Shown one piece after another: positions 52,305 through 59,909 of a stretch of 64,000 nt of DNA (positions within the stretch are counted from its first letter, which is position 1; each line of letters begins with the position of its first letter). The position numbers were made by a program, and so were the translations under genes. A model generated the notes under the pieces. The model had not been told where the DNA came from, did no database searches, and saw only the letters and a list, made by a program, of their open reading frames with translations. This DNA comes from Squalus acanthias (Eukaryota): NCBI GenBank assembly GCA_030390025.1, contig CM059432.1, positions 27,220,001 through 27,284,000 on the forward strand, in the 5' to 3' direction.

Positions 52305-54176
52305 TTACACGGTGCTCTCATCGTGCACGCGCACGTAACGTTCTCGCCACTCTCCCGTGTTTTCATGCTTGGTGAGGCGCTTGTCTCTTTTACAATGTAT
52401 GACCAATAGGTACACTACAATAAACACTTGACAGACGACTAAAATGTGGGAGGCTATTCTGATCCATGAAGGCACTTCAATATTCGTGAACAGATTCCAC
52501 CACGGTGGAACCACTATGTCCAGAATGTCTGTTCCTATTTCGACAGTTTTCTGCTCTAATGTATAAAAATGTTTCTGTGATACCGCGACGGCTTTCAGAA
52601 GTTTGGTTAAATGCTCAGGGAGAGGGGGAATGAGGTATCCAAAATGCGCGACAAATCGCTGCAAGTCGGTGAAATTCTCTTTTACTGTGAGATGAACAGT
52701 GGATGGTTCAGGGATTGGGATAATTCGCTGTTGTGCTACTTGAACTTCAGCCCTGGGTTTAAAACAGAAACTGCTGTCACTCACCGGACACCGGCTACGG
52801 TTTCCATGCTGGTAGTGTTGCGCTGCAGTGGTAACACAATATGTTCCACCCCCGATGTATGCTACCTGCGGAGGCACATGATCTTGTGCCATTGCCTCCA
52901 TGGTGCAATTCATGGACTTGGCGCCAGCCGTTCTGAACCCGCACTGTGGTGTTAAAAAGGCACTCAAGTGCTGGGGGCACAGTATTATGTGTGCTCCCCT
53001 GCCACGACAACCAGAGAGATCTGTACCTGTCATCGTTTGCTCCCAGCGGATGACGTAAGGTGGAACTGCTGCATAACGAATGTGGGCTCCCCCCTGAATG
53101 ACACCAATGTTCTCTACCCGATACACCGGGGCGGGCTTTGCTGTGTTGCCCAAAACCGGCATGCGTAATACTATTCCCATAATAGTATGGTTTGAACGTC
53201 CGCAGTCCACGGGGACTGGGTAAGCTTCTGAAGCTAGCCTGAGCTGGCACGGACTTAATGCGTTCTGAAAAGGGTGGAGCGCCCGCAGGTGTTTGTTACT
53301 TATCCAGGACGGAACCAAACCTTGTTTTAAATCCTCCAAATTACTGCGGCCCTCGCCCAGTAACCACGCCCCGTAAAGCACGCACACCTCGTTCTGCGCA
53401 GCTTGATCGGATGCATTCCGATCTTCCCTGATCAGGGCATTTACCGTACGCGCATGTTTCTCCAGCTCTGCTATAATTTCCTTTAAATGGAGAGTCATGG
53501 CTTGGTCCTCGTGTAGACCTGACCCTACCACTTTATTCTCATCTGTTAGAATGTCTTTTAACTGTGTTTTTAAACCATTAATCTGGGTCTGCAGCTCCAC
53601 ACTGTCTAGAGCGTTGACCACAGATGTCCCTGTGTTAAAAGCAGTGAACGCATCGTTCACCAAACCCCTTCTTTGCCTCCCTACTTGATCCAAAACTTCC
53701 TGCGGTGCGGTGTACAAACTTGTCTTATCAATTTCTGCAAAATCAAACTCGTAAAATTGTCTGAACATCTTGGTCAACAGGACCTGATACAACTGTTCCG
53801 TCTTTTTGGGGCACCACTCTGGTAACCGTACCTCAGTGAGATTTAAAATCACCGAGGCCACCGCGTAATGTACCCCCTGAAATAGTATCTGGTCTGTGGG
53901 GACCAGTACCAAACCGTTCCCGGGTCCCTTACTAGCTTTAGGGCACCCTTCTTCCTCAGCTAGAACCACCGGAATCGTGGGCGGGGCTTTGCGTGGGCGC
54001 GTAATGAGTTCAGTGGCATTTACTGGGATCGGGGAGAATGGGGCTCCGCACCCCCTGGTGCTCGCATCCCACCTCATCCCCTGTCCGTTATCCTGCCATT
54101 GATTAATAAAAAAATATGGAGATGCCTTTGGGGCAAACGTACTTTGACCCCCACATACATACATAAATCCCCTCAT
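52305..54176 (-). CDS. env: Envelope / class I fusion glycoprotein, C-terminal part (furin site, fusion peptide, heptads, Cys-rich domain, TM)
   Basis: RQRR|GLVNDAFTAFNTGTSVVNAL; heptad LQTQINGLKTQLKDIL; Cys-rich central block; Trp-rich juxtamembrane region; TM ILVVCQVFIVVYLLVI; no signal peptide in this frame. Confidence 0.88.
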   Translation of the reverse strand: MRGFMYVCGGQSTFAPKASPYFFINQWQDNGQGMRWDASTRGCGAPFSPIPVNATELITRPRKAPPTIPVVLAEEEGCPKASKGPGNGLVLVPTDQILFQGVHYAVASVILNLTEVRLPEWCPKKTEQLYQVLLTKMFRQFYEFDFAEIDKTSLYTAPQEVLDQVGRQRRGLVNDAFTAFNTGTSVVNALDSVELQTQINGLKTQLKDILTDENKVVGSGLHEDQAMTLHLKEIIAELEKHARTVNALIREDRNASDQAAQNEVCVLYGAWLLGEGRSNLEDLKQGLVPSWISNKHLRALHPFQNALSPCQLRLASEAYPVPVDCGRSNHTIMGIVLRMPVLGNTAKPAPVYRVENIGVIQGGAHIRYAAVPPYVIRWEQTMTGTDLSGCRGRGAHIILCPQHLSAFLTPQCGFRTAGAKSMNCTMEAMAQDHVPPQVAYIGGGTYCVTTAAQHYQHGNRSRCPVSDSSFCFKPRAEVQVAQQRIIPIPEPSTVHLTVKENFTDLQRFVAHFGYLIPPLPEHLTKLLKAVAVSQKHFYTLEQKTVEIGTDILDIVVPPWWNLFTNIEVPSWIRIASHILVVCQVFIVVYLLVIHCKRDKRLTKHENTGEWRERYVRVHDESTV

Positions 54177-54657
54177 CCGGTTCCCACCATTTGTCCCAAC
54201 AGACTTTCACTTGTCCGTCTGTCCCCGTAATTGTCCGATGGGTATTATTACCCAGTCGTTCCCACTCGACCGAAGAGTTTCTCATAGTTTTGCTCAGCTT
54301 TCGCAGCCACCACCATCGGCTCAATGGGACATTCCCACTACAGGTCAAACAAATCCGTTTGCCGACGGTGACGCTGATCCTGGGTGCGATGATCCTTACT
54401 TTGGGGCACATTAAAGAAGTCTCTTTGTAGGCGAACCCCGATGTGCTGGAATACTCCGTTGAGTTCGTTCCCAGCCATCCTGGCCACCTTCCCTTGTGGA
54501 AATAGGTGCTGGTCCCCTCTGCCTTTCGTCTTCCGGTCCCATCCACCGCGATGGGGGCCGTGTCCCCAGAACATCCAAACACCACGACATCCTTGGTGTG
54601 GCCTCGATAGGCCAATCCACATCCGATTGCCACGAGCAATACTAGAATTCGTTCCAT
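54103..54657 (-). CDS. Signal peptide and Ig-like domain protein (probable Env N-terminus; ORF open from 54816)
   Basis: MERILVLLVAIGCGLA; ICLTC...RWWWLRK...DEGIYVC; N-glycosylation sequons NST, NSS and NNT; AGGATGG Kozak context just after a CACAG splice acceptor. Confidence 0.75.
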   Translation of the reverse strand: MERILVLLVAIGCGLAYRGHTKDVVVFGCSGDTAPIAVDGTGRRKAEGTSTYFHKGRWPGWLGTNSTEYSSTSGFAYKETSLMCPKVRIIAPRISVTVGKRICLTCSGNVPLSRWWWLRKLSKTMRNSSVEWERLGNNTHRTITGTDGQVKVCWDKWWEPDEGIYVCMWGSKYVCPKGISIFFY

Positions 54658-54837
54658 CCTTCCTTGGTTCCTGTGATCAGATAGAATGAGGTAGCCAGCC
54701 TCGCAAAAGTCTCTGGCTTTTGTGAAGGGTGAGCGGGTCCCCTGACCTCGCCTCACGTAAACTTCAACGTTTGCTGAATAGACTTCCTCTAAACCTAGCC
54801 TTAAAACTCCCATCATTTTATCGTTTTCTGTTAAAAC

Positions 54838-54940
54838 ACTACAAACTTAGCCTTATTAAAACTTAAAACTTAACCTTGACCCTACAAACTTAAACTTAAC
54901 CTTGAACTATAAACTTAAAACTTAAAACTAAAACTTTACA
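54838..54940. repeat. Degenerate AAACTT/AACCTT low-complexity repeat between pol and env
   Basis: Direct reading. Confidence 0.75.
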
Positions 54941-54967
54941 GTGCCGCCCGTTCTCAGGGCGGCCCCT

Positions 54968-57900
54968 TTAAATTCTGAGAAGGCTGCTGCGAGCTCTTCC
55001 CGACGGTGGGAGGGCACTGACCCTTCCCTCTGATCTGCCGCAGCCTGTTACTGCTGCGATGTGGCCTGTCTGTACCCGGGTTATCTTAACCTGAAGTCTA
55101 CGCCTTGGGGCAGTCTGGGGACATGACCACATCCTCCTGGGCTGGGGTTCTCTACTTGACCTACGGGGAGTTGCTATGGGCGGGGGTTCCGTGACGGACG
55201 GACCGGGTTCCGAGACCTCCAACGGGATGACCTGGGGTTCCATCACAGTCGCCGGCTCCGCCTCCGCTGACTCCGCCTCCCTAACCTCGGGGCTGGCAGT
55301 TCGTGGCTCCGCCCTGCTCGGCCCAGCAGGCGGCCCTTCACTCGTGATCTCTGCCTCCCCTGAGGACTGGACGTTCAAGGCGGGCGGCCACATCTCTGGG
55401 AGCCACATTGGTACTCTCTGTGCTCCTATAGCGGCTGGCCCTGCCTCCTCTAGCTCCTCCCTCCTGTCCTCGGGACCTGCAGCTTGTGTGTCCACCCTGT
55501 GTGGATCTCTACCTATCGGCCCCATTCCCCCCAGACCGTTCCTCAGGAACCACCCGTCATCATCACTATGCTCATCTGCACTATCCTCATCTGACCAGGG
55601 TACCCTGGGTTCTTCGTCATCTAACCCCCAACTCCAGAAAAACGCTGCATGATCGTCCGGGATGTCCCTTCCTCTGATGCAAGCTGCTATGCCTGCCTGT
55701 GTGCCTTGTGGTCCTACCTGGGGCTGTGCTTTCCCATTGGCGGGATTTACCCCTGTAGTTTTCCCCTGCGCACCCGGCTGGTACAGTTTGCATTGGTTTA
55801 TGTGGAACCACTTAGTGCGCCGAGGCACTTTTACGGCGTAAACCATGGGACTCGCCTTGTCTACAATGTTGTAGGGTCCCATATACAGTGGTTCCAGACT
55901 CCCTACTCTGGCGTAGTTTCTGACCATGACCTGGTCTCCTACTTCCCACTCCCGCGTTTTGCGGGGTTCCAGCAACAAGCGATTGCCCTGATGCTGCCTT
56001 CCCATGTTCCCAGCCGCCTGCTCATAAACTTGCTTCAGGCGCTCCAAGAGAGTCTGGGCGAACTTGTCCCTGCTTATCTCTTGAAGCTGACCCTCAGTGA
56101 GCACCGGGGCTAGCACATGGGTGGGGGTTCGCATGAGCCTGCCGGTCATTACCTCGTGCGGGGAGTACCCCGTACTTTTTGACTGACTGGCCCGGACCCC
56201 CATGAGGACTAAAGGCAGAACTTCCGCCCATTTTTGGGGCGAGTTCCTAGTTTCTTTCCTCAATTTCTCCTTCAGGGTCCGGTTCATACGTTCAACAATC
56301 CCGGATGACTGGGGATTGTGTGCTACGTGCCACTTCCCTTCAATGCCCAAAAGCATGAGGGTGTTCTGCATCACCTGGCCGGTGAAATGACTCCCTTGGT
56401 CTGACTCCACGAAACGGGGGAGTCCCCACCGCGAGAACACTTCCCGGACCAAGATTTTTGCTGTACCCAGTGCCGTAGCTGTTCGACACGGGAAGGCTTC
56501 CACCCACTTGGAAAACACATCCACCAGGACGAGGCAGTACTTATAACCTCCCTGGGTGGTGGGCAGGGGTCCTATATAGTCGATCTGTATCGACTGCCAT
56601 GGTCCCTCTACCCTTCTTACGTGTCCCATGGGCACCTTCCTTTTCTGGGGGTCTGGGTTGTTTGCAGCGCACACAAGACAGTTTGCACAGAACTCGCGGA
56701 CTTGTTCCCTGAGCCCTGGCCACCATCCCGCTTGCTCTACCCGTTGCCAGGTAACCTCGGGCCCGGGGTGCCCTGCCCCTGGTCCCTCGTGAGCCAACTG
56801 GAGGAATTCCCTCCTGTGCTGCTGCGGCACAACCCACTGCTCCCCGCGGAACAGCATGCCTTCCTTAACTGAGAGGGTTGCCGTACTGTACGGACCTTCT
56901 ACCTGCCTCCCCTCAGCAATCGTTTTTAGGACTGCTTTTAGGGCGGGATCCTGGGCTTGGACGGTCTTAAGGTCTAGGGGCAATGCTACCCTGGTGTTCC
57001 CGGTATTCCCGTCCCCGCCTCGGACCGCTGCTATGGGTCCGGTCCTATAGGGGTTCCAGAAAGTGCCGTCGCGGGCACCCTCCCTGGCTAGCGCATCCGC
57101 CTGCCGGTTGCCCTCCCCACGGGGCTCTGTGGAGGAGTGAGCTTTCACCTTATGGATGAAAATCTCCCCTTCCTCCCCTACTGCTGCTGCTAAGATCTTT
57201 TCCAGCAAGGGCTTCACCGTTAAAGGTCGCCCGTCCGCGGAGGTGTATCCGCGGCGGGACCAAATGGCCAGGTATTCCGTACACGAATTGCAGGTGAACA
57301 TACTGTCCGAGCAAATCGTGTATGGGGTTGGGAAAATGTCTGGGTGGGTCACCACGTACACCACGGCAGACAGCTCAGCCTGCTGCGCGCTCATGGTGCT
57401 AGGGAGCTTGATCGCCAGGGCAAGGTCTGCCGCAGGGTCATAAACTCCACACCCTGTGAGTCGCTCGCCAGCAGACACTGTGCTAGATCCATCAACATAA
57501 ATCTCGCGCCCAGTGGGATGTATCCCGGCCCGTAAACCTATGTTGACGTCCCACACCCCTTCCACCGAACACCGGTGGGCTGTACCGGGGTATACCAAAT
57601 TGGCCGCAAGCCTGGGCTCGCAAAGACCTTTTACTCTAAGATCCAACTGGGAGAGAAGAAGGGTCCAACGCGCAATGCGTGCGCTGCTTACGGTCCCGTC
57701 TTTAATCCTCCCATCCAGAAGCATCTTAGTTGGTGTGTGATGTGTGAGGAGAGTGATGGGAGAGAGCCCTGTGAAGATCGCTGATCTTTTCACAGCCCAA
57801 TGCGTGGCTAAAAGGTGCCTTTCGCAATTGGAAAAACTTCTCTCCACATCCGTTAATACCCTGGATGAATAGACAACCGGCCTCAGCTTGCCGTGACGCT

Positions 57901-59905
57901 CTTGGAGCAGCACGGCGCTTAAGCTGTCTCCGCTGGCAGCTACCTCCAGGAAAAACTCCTTCCCCCCATCTATGGCCCCTAAGGCTGGCGCGGTCTGCAG
58001 ATCCCTTTTTAACTTCTCGAAGGCTGCTTGGCAGCCCTCGTCCCAAAGCCACTCCACCCCCTTATGGAGGAGTCGGAGGAGCGGCGCCGCTGTGGCCGCA
58101 TAATCTTCGATAAAATCCCTGCAGTAACCGGTCAGTCCCAAGAAGGACCTCACACCCCTTACGTTGTTGGGAATCGGTAATTCTTGCACCGACTCCCTCC
58201 TTGCTTTGTCTATGGCTCTTTCCCCAGCGCGTAGGGTCAGTCCCAGGAATTTTACTTCCTGCTGACCGATACGTGCTTTCTTTGGGTTTACTTTAAAACC
58301 CTTTCTCGCTAACAGCTCCAATAACTCGTCCAGTAGTGGTCCGTGCTCCTCCCTTGAGTCCGTAAATAGGAGCAAATCATCCACATACTGTACTATCTGA
58401 TTGGGCTGACTAAACTCCTTTAAACTTCCTGCCATACACTGATGAAAAATACTGGGGCTATTGTGGAAACCCTGTGGCAAACAGTTCCACGTGTACTGTT
58501 GCCCTCTGAACGTAAAGGCAAACTTGTACTGGTCCTCTCGCCGCAGCGGGATGGACCAAAAACCGTTCGAGATATCCAGCACCGTGAACGTGGTCGCGGA
58601 CGCTGGGATGCTCCCTATTAGGTCAGCAACTGCTGCTACTGTGGGCGCGCAGGCGGGAATGTTACTGTTAAGGACTCTGTAGTCCACCGTGGCTCTCCAC
58701 GAATTATCCGGCTTCCTAACCGGCCATAATGGGGAGTTCACGTGTGTGGCTATCGGCCTCAACACGCCCTGCTGCACCAAGGAAGACATTGCTGTCTCCA
58801 TATCGGGTTCTGCTTCTTTGGGGAAGTTATACTGCTTTTGGGGTCGGGTCATGGGGTCCCCATCTACGCTGACCTCAAACCCGACCACTCTCCCACAATC
58901 GTGCTTGTGGGTTGCAAACGCGTGCATATTATCTGACACGTACGTTTGCATGTCCGTTGGGACATCTGCGACCATAAGCCTGAGGTCGTAGCCTCCGGAT
59001 GGCTGTACGGTACACAGGACCCCCGGTTCTTCCCCACCGTTTCTGCTTGGGCCCCTTTTAATACCCGTTACTGGATACAACGATCCCTTTTCTTCTTCCT
59101 TTTCAATGGGCTTTTTCGTTCCTTCCATTGCTTCCTCCCTAACCCAGGTTTCTGAGTAGCTGGGTGGCGCGGAGGGCGCAGTGGCTACTACTTCTTCTGC
59201 TTTACTTGGTGGGGATTTTCTAAATCTCTCATTTACTAGCGGCTGGTGCGCCGACGGATTGATAAGGCACACCATGCCGTTCGCATTATTCACGGCCTTT
59301 TTGAGGCTCTCTATCTCCCTTTGGCAGGCGCTATGGTCGGCTCCCTGAAACTTATCCTCAAGGGCCAACTTATACGCCGACCTAACCCCCATTAAGCTCT
59401 CTTCTTGAGTTCTTATCTGGGCAGCTTGGCGGTTGCATCTTTCCTTTAACCTACTCTCATTCAATTTTGCTTCAGTGACCTGGCACTCGAGATACTCTAT
59501 CCTTGTTTTAAGGTGACTGGAGACTTCCTGGCTTTCCTGGTGTAACTCATTTAAATTCTTAATGAGCACCTCCCCTCCAGAAACCTTCTCCTCCATTTCT
59601 CCCTCTAAATGGCTGATTCGAGCTGTTAGCGCTGTAATGGTCTGGTTTGAAATCTGAACCTGCCTTTTGTAGCACATAAGCCAGACTGCTTTCTCAACTG
59701 TCTTTTTATGTTCCTTACTATCTGTCCACCTTTCAGCTGCCTCTAGTGGGCTCTTATCCGCTAACAATTCACTTATCCACTTCTTAGTTAGATTAACCTT
59801 TCCAAACACATAATCCGCTATCTTTTCCTGCATAACATTTCGTACAGTCATTCCAAAATCTAACACACTACCCTCTCGCTGCCAGTGTCCTGCCGCGGTC
59901 GCCAT
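54968..59905 (-). CDS. pol: Single Gag-Pol ORF: coiled-coil Gag N-terminus, RT, tether, RNase H, integrase, acidic/Pro-rich tail
   Basis: NSPLWPVRKPD, LDISNGFW, LPQGF, YVDD (58376-58387); tether VAAS...CERHLLA; RNase H YVDGS/QAEL/CSDS/HKVKAH/GNRQAD; integrase HHCC, IDY/SDQG/VERMN and GPY. Confidence 0.95.
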   Translation of the reverse strand: MATAAGHWQREGSVLDFGMTVRNVMQEKIADYVFGKVNLTKKWISELLADKSPLEAAERWTDSKEHKKTVEKAVWLMCYKRQVQISNQTITALTARISHLEGEMEEKVSGGEVLIKNLNELHQESQEVSSHLKTRIEYLECQVTEAKLNESRLKERCNRQAAQIRTQEESLMGVRSAYKLALEDKFQGADHSACQREIESLKKAVNNANGMVCLINPSAHQPLVNERFRKSPPSKAEEVVATAPSAPPSYSETWVREEAMEGTKKPIEKEEEKGSLYPVTGIKRGPSRNGGEEPGVLCTVQPSGGYDLRLMVADVPTDMQTYVSDNMHAFATHKHDCGRVVGFEVSVDGDPMTRPQKQYNFPKEAEPDMETAMSSLVQQGVLRPIATHVNSPLWPVRKPDNSWRATVDYRVLNSNIPACAPTVAAVADLIGSIPASATTFTVLDISNGFWSIPLRREDQYKFAFTFRGQQYTWNCLPQGFHNSPSIFHQCMAGSLKEFSQPNQIVQYVDDLLLFTDSREEHGPLLDELLELLARKGFKVNPKKARIGQQEVKFLGLTLRAGERAIDKARRESVQELPIPNNVRGVRSFLGLTGYCRDFIEDYAATAAPLLRLLHKGVEWLWDEGCQAAFEKLKRDLQTAPALGAIDGGKEFFLEVAASGDSLSAVLLQERHGKLRPVVYSSRVLTDVERSFSNCERHLLATHWAVKRSAIFTGLSPITLLTHHTPTKMLLDGRIKDGTVSSARIARWTLLLSQLDLRVKGLCEPRLAANLVYPGTAHRCSVEGVWDVNIGLRAGIHPTGREIYVDGSSTVSAGERLTGCGVYDPAADLALAIKLPSTMSAQQAELSAVVYVVTHPDIFPTPYTICSDSMFTCNSCTEYLAIWSRRGYTSADGRPLTVKPLLEKILAAAVGEEGEIFIHKVKAHSSTEPRGEGNRQADALAREGARDGTFWNPYRTGPIAAVRGGDGNTGNTRVALPLDLKTVQAQDPALKAVLKTIAEGRQVEGPYSTATLSVKEGMLFRGEQWVVPQQHRREFLQLAHEGPGAGHPGPEVTWQRVEQAGWWPGLREQVREFCANCLVCAANNPDPQKRKVPMGHVRRVEGPWQSIQIDYIGPLPTTQGGYKYCLVLVDVFSKWVEAFPCRTATALGTAKILVREVFSRWGLPRFVESDQGSHFTGQVMQNTLMLLGIEGKWHVAHNPQSSGIVERMNRTLKEKLRKETRNSPQKWAEVLPLVLMGVRASQSKSTGYSPHEVMTGRLMRTPTHVLAPVLTEGQLQEISRDKFAQTLLERLKQVYEQAAGNMGRQHQGNRLLLEPRKTREWEVGDQVMVRNYARVGSLEPLYMGPYNIVDKASPMVYAVKVPRRTKWFHINQCKLYQPGAQGKTTGVNPANGKAQPQVGPQGTQAGIAACIRGRDIPDDHAAFFWSWGLDDEEPRVPWSDEDSADEHSDDDGWFLRNGLGGMGPIGRDPHRVDTQAAGPEDRREELEEAGPAAIGAQRVPMWLPEMWPPALNVQSSGEAEITSEGPPAGPSRAEPRTASPEVREAESAEAEPATVMEPQVIPLEVSEPGPSVTEPPPIATPRRSSREPQPRRMWSCPQTAPRRRLQVKITRVQTGHIAAVTGCGRSEGRVSALPPSGRARSSLLRI
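59887..59904 (-). promoter_or_regulatory. Primer-binding site complementary to tRNA-Arg (UCG-type)
   Basis: TGGCGACCGCGGCAGGAC, 5 nt after the 5' LTR; its complement GTCCTGCCGCGGTCG-CCA matches my recollection of the vertebrate tRNA-Arg(TCG) 3' end. Confidence 0.85.
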
Positions 59906-59909
59906 TTTC

